NCBI GenBank assembly: GCA_018823885.1
Contig: JAHJHG010000009.1
Location: forward strand, 783-64,782
Direction: 5' to 3'
Source of the DNA: Patescibacteria group bacterium
GTDB taxonomy: Bacteria > Patescibacteriota > Microgenomatia > UBA8517
Length of the DNA stretch: 64,000 nucleotides
This document shows positions 18,449 through 27,550 of the stretch, in pieces. How positions within the stretch are numbered: the stretch's first letter is position 1; every line of letters begins with the position of its first letter. A model generated the notes under the pieces. It was given only the letters and a program-made list of their open reading frames with translations. It searched no databases and was not told where the DNA came from. The position numbers and the translations under genes were made by a program.

Positions 18449-20410
18449 ATGGACGTACCAGGTTTTTTGAAAAAGAAACAGACAATCCAAGAGGACGCAG
18501 CACAAACAAGTGCCAGTGTGTCTTTACCTCAATCTCAAAATGTTGACAACACACCACCCCCCAATGGTGAGGTTGCTCAAAACAATACTCCAACAAAAAA
18601 ACCACCCATTCCTTCTCCCACCATTGCCTTTAGTCAAAAACAAATGCCCCTTATAGACATTCTTGCTCCTCAATCAATGGAAGTTGATTTTGGCTTTATT
18701 AAAATAAACAATGTCTATTTTAGAACTCTCTTCATCGCCGGATATCCAAGATTTGTTTCCCCTGGGTGGTTAGAACCAATCGTCAATTTTGATAATTCTT
18801 TAGATATTTCATTTAACATTTATCCTGTTGCCGGGAAAACAGTTCTCGACGATTTGAGACGAAAAATTGCCGAGATGGAGGCTGAAATAGCCACTGACCT
18901 CGAAAGGGGAAAAATCGTTGATCCTTCAACCCAAGCAAAACTAGAAGATGCAAGAACGTTGCAAGAACAATTGGTAAAAGGATCTGAGCGCTATTTTGAA
19001 TTTTCTCTCTATATAACCATCCCCGCTCCCTCTCTGGAAGAATTAAACCAAATTACCCGCCAAATCGAATCAACTCTTGGTTCTCTTTTGATCGTTGGCA
19101 AAAGAGCCACTCTTGATATGGAAAAAGGATTTCTTTCGTCAGCCCCTTTTGGAAGAGATGTCCTCTCAATTACAAGAAATATGGATACCACTTCTTTGGC
19201 AACCACTTTTCCGTTAACTTCTGCTGAATTATCCTCCGACAAAGGCGTACTTTATGGCATTAATTCACAAAATGATTCTTTCATTATCTTCGACAGATTT
19301 TCGCTGGAAAACAGCAACATGACTATCTTTGCTACCTCGGGTGCCGGAAAAAGTTATTTTGTTAAATTAGAAGCCTTAAGATCTTTAATGCTCGGAACGG
19401 AGGTTATTGTCATCGACCCTGAAAGCGAATACGAAGCATTGGCTGGTGCAGTTGGTGGACAATTTGTCTCTTTTTCATTTAACTCTCCGTCTAAAATTAA
19501 TCCTTTTGACCTAACTCAAATCTACGAAGAGGGAGAAAATCAGCTAGGATTAAAAATCCTAACTCTTCATTCTCTTTTTAAGGTCATCATGGGGCAATTG
19601 AATGCTACCCAAGAAGCCCTTCTTGATCGAGCCTTGGTGGCAACATACAGAGCAAAAGGAATAACTCAAGACCCAGCAACCCAAAAAAGAGAACCTCCTT
19701 TAATGGAAGATCTTTACAAAATTTTAATGGGTATGGAGACCGCGGAAGCAAAAGACTTGGCAGCAAGAATTGAAAAGTTTGTAAAAGGAAGTTTTGTCGG
19801 CATGTTTGATCAGCAAACAAGCGTCGAGATAAAAAACCCTTTTGTTGTTTTCTCTGTTAAAGATCTGCAAGAAGCACTCAGACCAATTGCCATGTTTATC
19901 ATCTTGGATTTCATTTGGACAAGAGTAAGAAGAGATATTAAAAGAAGGTTGCTGATCGTCGATGAGGCTTGGCACATGATGCGATATGAAGACTCTGCTC
20001 AATTCCTCTGGAGCGTTGTTAAAAGAGCAAGGAAATACTTTCTAGGATTGACCACTATAACGCAAGATGTAGAAGATTTCTTGAGTCAAGACATCGGTAA
20101 AGCTATCGTTACAAACTCGGCTCTTAGGCTTCTCCTTAAGCAGTCTCCTGCGGCAATAGACAAGATCGGCGAAGTCTTTTATTTATCTCAGGGAGAAAAA
20201 CAACTCTTAATGGGGGCGAACATTGGGGAAGGAATCTTTTTTGCTGGACCCCACCATGCACCAATAAGTGTCGTCGCATCCAAAGAAGAACATAAATTGA
20301 TCGATTCAAGGCCTCAGGAAAAGACATTCAATGAAAATGTTGATTCAAGACCTTTTGCAACAACAGAACAAGTTACTCAAAGGAATCAATATGACAGAAA
20401 CCCTCAATAA
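18449..20410 (+). CDS. virB4: T4SS ATPase VirB4/TrbE/CagE family
   Basis: Walker A FATSGAGKSYF. Walker B RLLIVDEAWHMM. RBS AAGGAGGA about 12 nt upstream of ATG 18449. N-terminal Pro/Thr/Gln-rich low-complexity stretch, then a GYPRFVSPGWLEP block. Confidence 0.8.
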   Translation: MDVPGFLKKKQTIQEDAAQTSASVSLPQSQNVDNTPPPNGEVAQNNTPTKKPPIPSPTIAFSQKQMPLIDILAPQSMEVDFGFIKINNVYFRTLFIAGYPRFVSPGWLEPIVNFDNSLDISFNIYPVAGKTVLDDLRRKIAEMEAEIATDLERGKIVDPSTQAKLEDARTLQEQLVKGSERYFEFSLYITIPAPSLEELNQITRQIESTLGSLLIVGKRATLDMEKGFLSSAPFGRDVLSITRNMDTTSLATTFPLTSAELSSDKGVLYGINSQNDSFIIFDRFSLENSNMTIFATSGAGKSYFVKLEALRSLMLGTEVIVIDPESEYEALAGAVGGQFVSFSFNSPSKINPFDLTQIYEEGENQLGLKILTLHSLFKVIMGQLNATQEALLDRALVATYRAKGITQDPATQKREPPLMEDLYKILMGMETAEAKDLAARIEKFVKGSFVGMFDQQTSVEIKNPFVVFSVKDLQEALRPIAMFIILDFIWTRVRRDIKRRLLIVDEAWHMMRYEDSAQFLWSVVKRARKYFLGLTTITQDVEDFLSQDIGKAIVTNSALRLLLKQSPAAIDKIGEVFYLSQGEKQLLMGANIGEGIFFAGPHHAPISVVASKEEHKLIDSRPQEKTFNENVDSRPFATTEQVTQRNQYDRNPQ

Positions 20411-22391
20411 AATACTGGTCCCGGTAAGCAAAAGAACCGTTAACTTCCTTCATCGGGGTCTTAAGGTTTTTTACCCAGAGATTGTTTTTGGAAGGAAGGA
20501 TGGTAAAAAAATAACTGTTCCTAATTTTTGGCCCGAGGGCGGATATATAAAATCAGATTTTGCCGAACTTCTAAAGAAAACGACGAAAAAAAATGATATT
20601 GATCAAGCTATAAAGATTGTTCTTGAATGGAAAAACCTGTGGGATGAAGGTACACAGCCTGACGATACTATTCCGGAAATTCTTGACGATCTGGTTTCCT
20701 CCATGGATGAAAATGCGACCGGGGAGAAGAAGTTAAGTTCCTACGACAAGCAAGCCCTGGCCAAAAAAACACTACTGGAAAGCCAAAAACAGATTGAAAA
20801 ATCCATATCTATACCAGAACCTATACCTGCTACCTCATCTTCCACAGTCGTATCAAGAACCGCTGGTCGATTTCTATCGGCACCCTATAGAGCCGCCACC
20901 TATCTTTCAGGTCCTACAACCTATTCGAGTTCTGCAAAAGAGGAAGGTCCAGGTACTGCAACGGCGAGATATATGATGAGCCACGGAATATCAAGCGCTT
21001 CGATTCGATCGCTTGGGAATAAAGCTCAACAACTAGGAATTACACCAAGTCAGTTAAATAACCTCGCGAACTTAATTAAGACAGAACAAGAAGCACATCC
21101 TTTTAGTCATAAATGGATTTCTAGAATCTACAGCAGACAAGCTGGTCTGTCTGAATCTCAAGTCGCCTCCTTCCTTATACCATCTGCTGATGGTTCAACC
21201 GCTGTGTTGCCAAGAAAATCGTTTGTGGGAAATGTTATTGGACGGATTGGACAACAACTCTTTGGAAAAGTTTCTTCAAAAGCATTTAAAGCAGTGGGCA
21301 AAAAAGTTGCCGCAAAGGTGACAACAACCGCTGCCGCACAAGCTATCGGAGCGGTAGTGGCTCCAGGACTAGCAAATATTGCCCTTCTTGTTGTAGGAAA
21401 AATAAAAGATTTTATTTCCAGTCTTAAGACAAAGGAGGGCAAAGAAAGGATCCTTGCATTAATTTCTGGGGCGATGTTTCTTGGCGGCATTACCCTTGGC
21501 GGACTTTTAGGAGCCGCCCTTGTTGTTGGTGGTTTTATTTCAGGAGTCGGCTTATTAGCAGCAAAAGCAGGGGGCTTTGGTCTTTTAGGAGCAAGTATTG
21601 GAAGTTTTGGACAAGCGTTTATGGCTGGCCTAACTGGTGTTGTTTTTCCTTCTATTGCAGCCCCACTTATAATCTCTTTTATTTCTATCCCTGTCATGAT
21701 TGCTATCATTCTATTTATTATTAATTCCGGTGCATACATTGTTCCTCCTAGTCCTTTTTCTGAGTCTTCGTTTGCCGGCTTCCCAATAGAATGCACTACA
21801 GAAAAATTACCGGTTTCGCTTCCAAAACCGACAACTTCACTAATTACCGTAAGGGCTTGGGAAATAACGTCGGATCTTTACCAAGGCTTTTGGTGCTACT
21901 GGAATCGTTCTCCAGGAGATTTCCCCGAAGATGTCACTCTTTATCCACCAAGCTACCCTGATTTATTTAATGAAGTATATTTTGAGAAAGACCCTTTTCC
22001 ATCACCGACAGAGGCCTCAAAATGTGGAAATTGTTTGTTTTGGTGTACTTATCTCGTACAAAAAGCCTATCGAGAAACTGGAAACACAGATATTATGATC
22101 ACTCTTTGGTCACCAACAATGTACGAAGATTTTTTAAGGAGGGGAAAAATTATTGTGTCCTCTGAAGCTACTCCTGAAAATGTTGTTTCGGGTAGTGTTA
22201 TTTTCTTTCAGGTTCTTTCAGGGCAAAATAGAATTAATCACGTAGGTATCGTTCATTCAACTACTAAGGACAGTATTCAATATATCCAATCGAACGCGCC
22301 AACTAAAGATGGTTCTCTTACTTTTAGTTTGTCAGGAATAGGAATTCAAGATCTACCTGGTATCAAAATTGTTGGAATCGGATTACCTTAA
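20391..22391 (+). CDS. T4SS-associated cell-wall hydrolase. N-terminal soluble region, Gly/Ala-rich multi-TM region and C-terminal CHAP (Cys-His amidase/peptidase) domain. Likely a PrgK/TraG/VirB1 functional analog.
   Basis: Start ATG 20391 with AGGA RBS, overlapping the virB4 stop. CHAP catalytic Cys in KCGNCLFWCTYLVQKAY and His in INHVGIVHS. Long GxxxG-rich hydrophobic stretch in residues about 320-470. Confidence 0.6.
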   Translation: MTETLNKILVPVSKRTVNFLHRGLKVFYPEIVFGRKDGKKITVPNFWPEGGYIKSDFAELLKKTTKKNDIDQAIKIVLEWKNLWDEGTQPDDTIPEILDDLVSSMDENATGEKKLSSYDKQALAKKTLLESQKQIEKSISIPEPIPATSSSTVVSRTAGRFLSAPYRAATYLSGPTTYSSSAKEEGPGTATARYMMSHGISSASIRSLGNKAQQLGITPSQLNNLANLIKTEQEAHPFSHKWISRIYSRQAGLSESQVASFLIPSADGSTAVLPRKSFVGNVIGRIGQQLFGKVSSKAFKAVGKKVAAKVTTTAAAQAIGAVVAPGLANIALLVVGKIKDFISSLKTKEGKERILALISGAMFLGGITLGGLLGAALVVGGFISGVGLLAAKAGGFGLLGASIGSFGQAFMAGLTGVVFPSIAAPLIISFISIPVMIAIILFIINSGAYIVPPSPFSESSFAGFPIECTTEKLPVSLPKPTTSLITVRAWEITSDLYQGFWCYWNRSPGDFPEDVTLYPPSYPDLFNEVYFEKDPFPSPTEASKCGNCLFWCTYLVQKAYRETGNTDIMITLWSPTMYEDFLRRGKIIVSSEATPENVVSGSVIFFQVLSGQNRINHVGIVHSTTKDSIQYIQSNAPTKDGSLTFSLSGIGIQDLPGIKIVGIGLP

Positions 22392-23035
22392 TGTTTAAGA
22401 AAAAAAATGCCATCATTATTGTTTTTGTTATCTTGATTATTGTTTTTGTTTTCCTTCAAATAAAAACTCAGTCTCCCAAAGTGATAGCGACTCAACCTGA
22501 AGATGGCTCTATCCATGTCTCTCAAGAAACTGATCTTTCTATTCTTTTTGATAAAGCATTAAATGATAAAAACATTAAAAAAATTAGTCTTGAGATCACA
22601 CCAAAAGAGGACTTTGGGCTTGTTTTTTCAGAAAAAGCAATGATTGTTTCTTTTATAAACAATCTTCAACCCGACACTCTTTACTCTATTGTTGTTAAGT
22701 ATAATAGCAAACCTATTTACAATTTTTCTTTTGAAACAACACCATTTACCGACGAAATTATTTCTAAAGAAGGGGCACTTCAATCTATTGACGATTCAAT
22801 CTTTGGCGAGGCTTTTGAAAATTTCATCGAAAATTATCCTTGGTATGTTCATCTTCCGATTGAAAATAGTCAATATCGTATTGTTTACGATTTTGAACGA
22901 AAATCTTTTAGAATAAGAGTTCTCGTTCCCGACTTAGATCCAGAACAAGAAGAAGTGTTTATTGAAAATGCTATTGAAAATCTAAAAACAATTGGTTTAA
23001 TTGAACCTATTAATTACTACGTTATAAAAGAGTAA
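22391..23035 (+). CDS. Bitopic membrane protein with extracytoplasmic Ig-like domain. Possible VirB8-position T4SS component.
   Basis: N-terminal TM IIIVFVILIIVFVFL, then IATQPEDGSIHVSQETDLSILFDKAL Ig-like block. Start overlaps the stop of the hydrolase gene. Confidence 0.4.
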   Translation: MFKKKNAIIIVFVILIIVFVFLQIKTQSPKVIATQPEDGSIHVSQETDLSILFDKALNDKNIKKISLEITPKEDFGLVFSEKAMIVSFINNLQPDTLYSIVVKYNSKPIYNFSFETTPFTDEIISKEGALQSIDDSIFGEAFENFIENYPWYVHLPIENSQYRIVYDFERKSFRIRVLVPDLDPEQEEVFIENAIENLKTIGLIEPINYYVIKE

Positions 23036-24151
23036 CTAGCTTTGAATCTTCACAGGCATTATTAAATGAAGGTAATCGGGATCTTTAGGGTCTCTGAAAA
23101 TTCCTGGTGCGTTTGTAGCTGAAAGTTCAATTTGTATTTCATCCTCCTTCACTACCCCTAAGAAGTCCTCTAAGAATCTATAGTTAAACGCTATCTTAAA
23201 ACCTTTTTTGTCTATTGATCCTACCACTTTAGCATCAACCTTCGTTTCCTGTGAACCTGAAGATTGACTTTCTGCGGAAAGTTCAACTGTGTCTTTCCTA
23301 ACAGTGAAATTAATAACATTTGCGGAATCTCGGGCAAAAACGGAAGCCAACTTAACGGCTCGAAGTAATTCTTCTTTATCTAAACTTATTTTTATCTTTG
23401 AATCTTTAGGAATAATCCTCTCAAAATCAGGGAATTCCCCTTCTAATATTCTTGAGGCGAGAATCGTTCCTCCTAGTCCAAAAACAACTTGATTGTCTGA
23501 TTTTCTTAAAGAGAAACCTATTTTCTCTTCTTCAGAGGAAAGTCTTGATAGTTCACTGAGCGCCGTTTTTGGTAATATGACGCTCTGTTTCTTTTGTATT
23601 GTCTTCATTGAAATCTCCTTTTGAGACAATCTAAAACCATCTGTGGCTACTAATATCAATTTCCCTTTTTTATATATGAATAATATTCCTGTTAAAATCG
23701 GCCGTGTTTCATCCACTGAGGCTGCAAAAGAAACTTGAGATAAAGCAGTTAAGAAGCTTTCTCTTTCTAAAATAATCGACTCCTTCCCGACTGATTGAGG
23801 TATTGTGGGAAAATCAGCCGCATTCATTCCAGAAACACTAGATTCAAAATTCTGTGCAGATATTTTTACTTGTTCATTAATAGATGACAAATTAATAGAG
23901 CCAGAAGGTAGATTAGATACAATATCGGTAATCACTCGTGCCGGTACTGTTATTTCTCCTTCTTTGTCTATTTGAGCCCCAACCGATATTGAAACTGACG
24001 TTTCAAGATTTGTTGCAGATACTAAAAGTTTTGCTTTTTTACCAGAAATAAGAATATTACCTAAAACCGGAAGTTGCGCTCTTGCGCTTGTAAATCTGGA
24101 TGCGGTAACGAGAGCTTTAGAAAGATTTTCTTGTAAAACCTGTAATTTCAT
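23036..24151 (-). CDS. dnaN: DNA polymerase III beta subunit (sliding clamp)
   Basis: Full-length DnaN similarity (MKLQVLQENLSKAL...LPVLGNILI...). Located downstream of dnaA. Confidence 0.9.
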   Translation of the reverse strand: MKLQVLQENLSKALVTASRFTSARAQLPVLGNILISGKKAKLLVSATNLETSVSISVGAQIDKEGEITVPARVITDIVSNLPSGSINLSSINEQVKISAQNFESSVSGMNAADFPTIPQSVGKESIILERESFLTALSQVSFAASVDETRPILTGILFIYKKGKLILVATDGFRLSQKEISMKTIQKKQSVILPKTALSELSRLSSEEEKIGFSLRKSDNQVVFGLGGTILASRILEGEFPDFERIIPKDSKIKISLDKEELLRAVKLASVFARDSANVINFTVRKDTVELSAESQSSGSQETKVDAKVVGSIDKKGFKIAFNYRFLEDFLGVVKEDEIQIELSATNAPGIFRDPKDPDYLHLIMPVKIQS

Positions 24152-24416
24152 TTTGTTTATCTTTCTTTCGCATTATATGAACAATAAATAATAAAGGCAA
24201 GATGTTTCCAAAATGTATTTTATTAGTTTTTATTATATGCTGTTCTTTCTTTATATAAATTAGTAGTAATAGTAGTAGGGTTTGTTGATAAGTGGAAAAG
24301 TACGCCTACGTAGGCTGGTGATTGATTGTTTATATTAAACATAGTTAATTGTGGATATAAATGTGGATAAAATTACGATTATTGTTGATAAGTGGAGAAA
24401 CTTGATGGGTTTATCC
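24152..24416. promoter_or_regulatory. Candidate oriC: DnaA-box cluster plus AT-rich unwinding element in the dnaA-dnaN spacer
   Basis: Consensus DnaA box TGTGGATAA at 24362-24370. One-mismatch boxes TGTGGATAT (24350-24358) and TTATCCTCA (about 24408). Exact 15-mer TTGTTGATAAGTGGA duplicated at 24282-24296 and 24383-24397. AT-rich stretch with (TAG)n-like repeats at 24217-24278. Confidence 0.55.
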
Positions 24417-25853
24417 TCAAAGACTATTTTTTATCCCCAGGATATCCTGACGAGTTTGCACATCCCTACTGGCTAAATGAGTTATCTTTTCCACAGCATG
24501 CATGACAGTTGTGTGATCTCTTCCACCGACAAGCCTTCCAACTTCCTGTAGTGGCAAATTAAGCTGGGTTCTTAATAAATACATCAGAATTTGTCTTGGT
24601 AAGGAAACAGGCCTTGCTCGTGAAGTACCAAGGAGAGCTCTTTTACCAAGAGAAAAGTATCGAGAAACAGCTGTAATAACCTCATTGGGAGTTGCTTTTA
24701 TTTTTTTATCGTTTGATTCAATGCCTTTCCCCAAAAGAGATTGAATTAACTCTTCTGTTATCTCGGTATTTTTTAGTTTTGCTTCAGAAGAAAGTCTAAT
24801 TAGAAAACCTTCCATTTTTCTTGCAGAGTTTATGTTTCCGGCAATAAGTTGGACAAGGTCCATAGGAATTTCGATTCCCCTCTCCTTTGTTTTGATTTGA
24901 ACAATAGCGCATCTAAGTTCAAAGTCAGGCGGAGAAATATCTACAATTAAACCCGCTTCAAACCGACTTCGTAATCGTTCTTCCAACTTCGAGATTTCAT
25001 GCGGGGGCCGATCAGAAGCCAAGATTACTTGTCCTCCTTCTGCAACGAGGGCATTGAATGTGTGGAAAAATTCTTCTTGAACAGCATCTTTTCCAGCGAT
25101 AAATTGGATATCATCAATGATTAAAGTTTTTAGTTTTCTGTACTTATTTCTGAAGTCCACTGTTGTCTTTTTTCTGATTCCCTCGACTATTTCGTTCGTA
25201 AATTCTTCTCCAGTGCAAAAAAGAATTTTGTCATCGACTCGTTCTCCTATTAGGTAGTGACCGACAGCGTTCATTAAATGAGTTTTTCCAACCCCCACTC
25301 CACCCCAAAGAAAGAGAGGGTTATATGAAGTACCTGGATTTTTGGAAACGGCTTCTGCTGCGGCCCAAGCCATTTGGTTGGAAGAGGACACGGCATAGTT
25401 TTCAAAGGTAAATCCCGGTCGAATTCTTGCTTTTGATAGACTAACCCCGATTTCTTCTTGGAGCCTTTCTTCCTGTTCGAAAAGCGGCGCCGGCGCATTT
25501 GTTTTGGTGACCCCTTCTTTCTTTGGATGCTCTTTTACAATAAATATCAAATCGCACTCGGTATCAAGGATCTTTTTTAAAGAATCTTGTATCAGACCAA
25601 AATAGCGCCCTTCGATTGTCGACTTAACAAAACTGGAAGAGCATCCAATTTTGGCAATATATCTCCCCTCTTTTTTACTAAGATTTGAGAGATGAGTTTG
25701 TGAGAACCACGTTGAAAATATCGCCGGTGAGACAGACACCTTTATACTTTCCATGGAATCATTCCATATTTGATTTTTATTAATACTAGACACAGTGATT
25801 AGATTTACGGGACAGTCGGACAGGAGCAAATGCATAGTAGTGAAGTTATCCAC
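24417..25853 (-). CDS. dnaA: Chromosomal replication initiator DnaA (start may be the internal Met at 25754)
   Basis: AAA+ Walker A GGVGVGKTHL. C-terminal DnaA DNA-binding signature (HTTVMHAVEKI). Confidence 0.9.
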   Translation of the reverse strand: MDNFTTMHLLLSDCPVNLITVSSINKNQIWNDSMESIKVSVSPAIFSTWFSQTHLSNLSKKEGRYIAKIGCSSSFVKSTIEGRYFGLIQDSLKKILDTECDLIFIVKEHPKKEGVTKTNAPAPLFEQEERLQEEIGVSLSKARIRPGFTFENYAVSSSNQMAWAAAEAVSKNPGTSYNPLFLWGGVGVGKTHLMNAVGHYLIGERVDDKILFCTGEEFTNEIVEGIRKKTTVDFRNKYRKLKTLIIDDIQFIAGKDAVQEEFFHTFNALVAEGGQVILASDRPPHEISKLEERLRSRFEAGLIVDISPPDFELRCAIVQIKTKERGIEIPMDLVQLIAGNINSARKMEGFLIRLSSEAKLKNTEITEELIQSLLGKGIESNDKKIKATPNEVITAVSRYFSLGKRALLGTSRARPVSLPRQILMYLLRTQLNLPLQEVGRLVGGRDHTTVMHAVEKITHLASRDVQTRQDILGIKNSL

Positions 25854-25978
25854 AATTCGTCAACCCCCAAAAAGACCGAAAATTGAAAACTTTGTCCCAC
25901 TCGAGTGCTTTTTGTTGTTGTGGTTCTTTTCTTGCACTTGTCGTAAAATATTAGTAGACTAAACCTTGTTTTAGAGTT

Positions 25979-26116
25979 ATGCCAAAAAGAACATACAGTC
26001 CAAGCAAGAAAAAAAGAGCACGTAAGTTCGGCTTTCGAGTCAGAATGAAGACGAAAGACGGACGAAAGGTTATTTCTAGCAGGAGAAAAAAGGGTAGAAA
26101 GAAACTTTCTTCTTAA
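25979..26116 (+). CDS. rpmH: 50S ribosomal protein L34 (45 aa, too short for the ORF track)
   Basis: Translates to [45 protein letters not shown]. Canonical rpmH-rnpA linkage. Confidence 0.85.
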   Translation: MPKRTYSPSKKKRARKFGFRVRMKTKDGRKVISSRRKKGRKKLSS

Positions 26117-26126
26117 ACGTTATCCA

Positions 26127-26471
26127 ATGCTTGCAAAAAAACACAGACTAACAGGAAGAAGTATCTTGGAAGAAGTAAAGAAAAAAGGATCTCTTTACCA
26201 AGCTGATTCTTTCGGGATATTAGTAAGCAAAAGAACAGACGACGAACCTTCGAGGTTCGCTTTTATAGTTTCAACCAAAATATCAAAGACAGCAGTAGAT
26301 AGAAATAAAGCAAAACGCAAGTTGAGAGAAGCTGTTAATCAGAAGATAGGCAAAGTGGCAAATGGGCATGATGTCGTTTTTCTAGCAAAGAAAATGACTC
26401 TTGAGAGAAAAAGTGAAGATTTAACAAGAGAAGTCGAAAAAGTATTTAAAGAATCAGGTTTAATAAAATGA
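26127..26471 (+). CDS. rnpA: RNase P protein component
   Basis: Basic about 114 aa protein with RnpA-like K/R-rich core, following rpmH. Confidence 0.8.
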   Translation: MLAKKHRLTGRSILEEVKKKGSLYQADSFGILVSKRTDDEPSRFAFIVSTKISKTAVDRNKAKRKLREAVNQKIGKVANGHDVVFLAKKMTLERKSEDLTREVEKVFKESGLIK

Positions 26472-26698
26472 AAAAATTACAAAATACATTGTTTAATATT
26501 TATAAGAATATATTTTCAAAGCCGTTAAAGTTTCTTTTTGGAGGAGGATGTAGATATTACCCTACATGCTCTGATTATTCTCGAAAAGCATTAGCAGAAT
26601 ATGGTTTATATAGAGGAACTTGGGTTTCAATAAAGAGATTATTTCGCTGTCATCCTTTTTCAAAAACGGGATTTTATGATCCTCTTCTAAGCAAATAA
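26468..26698 (+). CDS. yidD: Membrane protein insertion efficiency factor YidD
   Basis: YYPTCSDYSRKALAEYGLYRG...CHPFSKTGFYDPL motif. Confidence 0.8.
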   Translation: MKKLQNTLFNIYKNIFSKPLKFLFGGGCRYYPTCSDYSRKALAEYGLYRGTWVSIKRLFRCHPFSKTGFYDPLLSK

Positions 26699-26701
26699 AT
26701 A

Positions 26702-27550
26702 ATGAATATTTTTACCACAGCTTTAATTCAACCACTTGCAAACGGCTTAATCGTTGCTTACCGAATACTTGGGGAAAACATGGGGTTGGCAATTCTAGGC
26801 TTCGGCCTTTTCTTGAGGGTAGTACTAAATCCTCTTACAAAGCCATATATGGAATCAATGAAGAAAATGAAAGATTTTGCTCCTCAGTTGGAGAAGCTTA
26901 AGAAAAAACATGGCGGAGATAAAATAAAATTGGCTCAAGCGCAATCAGAGTTTTACAAACAAAAGGGGATTAATCCTGGAGCAGGATGCTTGCCTTATCT
27001 ATTACAGATAGTTGTCTTAATAGCTTTCTTTAATGTATTTTCTCGTGTTTTAACCCCGAATGGTGATATAGTTGCCCGGTTTAATGAGCTTCTCTATGAG
27101 CCCTTGAAATTTGGTGCACAGGAAATTATAAATACAAGATTTTTATACCTTGATGTAACAAAACCTGATGTTATAAATCTTGCTTCTTTGCCAATCCCGC
27201 TACCGGGACCAGTTCTATTGCTTGCCGCCCTTGTTCAGTTTATCTCTGCGAAGATAATGGCTCCTTATGTTAAAGCGGAAGAGAAGGCTGCGAAGAAGAC
27301 AAAAGAAAAGTCAGACGATATCCAAGTAGCAATGCAGCAATCAATGATATACACCTTTCCCCTGATGACCATCGTGATCGGAATGCGTTTTGCTTCCGGT
27401 CTGGCTCTGTATTGGTTCCTTTTTTCAGTTTACCAAGCAATCCAACAATATAATTCACAGGGGTGGGGAGGTTTGACTCCTTGGATTGAGAAAATAGGTC
27501 TGTTACAATCGGATGCTAGGAGTAATAAAAATGGCCGTAAAAAAAACTAA
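26702..27550 (+). CDS. yidC: Membrane protein insertase YidC (short Oxa1-like form)
   Basis: Multi-TM protein with GAGCLPYLLQIVVLIAFF motif, in the rnpA-yidD-yidC-jag order. Confidence 0.8.
   Translation: MNIFTTALIQPLANGLIVAYRILGENMGLAILGFGLFLRVVLNPLTKPYMESMKKMKDFAPQLEKLKKKHGGDKIKLAQAQSEFYKQKGINPGAGCLPYLLQIVVLIAFFNVFSRVLTPNGDIVARFNELLYEPLKFGAQEIINTRFLYLDVTKPDVINLASLPIPLPGPVLLLAALVQFISAKIMAPYVKAEEKAAKKTKEKSDDIQVAMQQSMIYTFPLMTIVIGMRFASGLALYWFLFSVYQAIQQYNSQGWGGLTPWIEKIGLLQSDARSNKNGRKKN

Noticed and set aside
20331-20410. 80-nt overlap between virB4 and the CHAP-hydrolase ORF
   Set aside because: An internal ATG at 20391 with an AGGA RBS is the more plausible start. The true overlap is about 20 nt.
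6278-23035. T4SS locus as an integrated conjugative element (ICE) or genomic island
   Set aside because: No integrase or recombinase, relaxase, VirD4, direct-repeat att sites or bounding tRNA. Composition similar to the flanks. It lies between core genes (SpoIID-like and dnaN).
25854-25978. Second DnaA-box cluster upstream of dnaA
   Set aside because: No consensus or single-mismatch TTATCCACA boxes were found there. The region more likely holds divergent dnaA and rpmH promoters.
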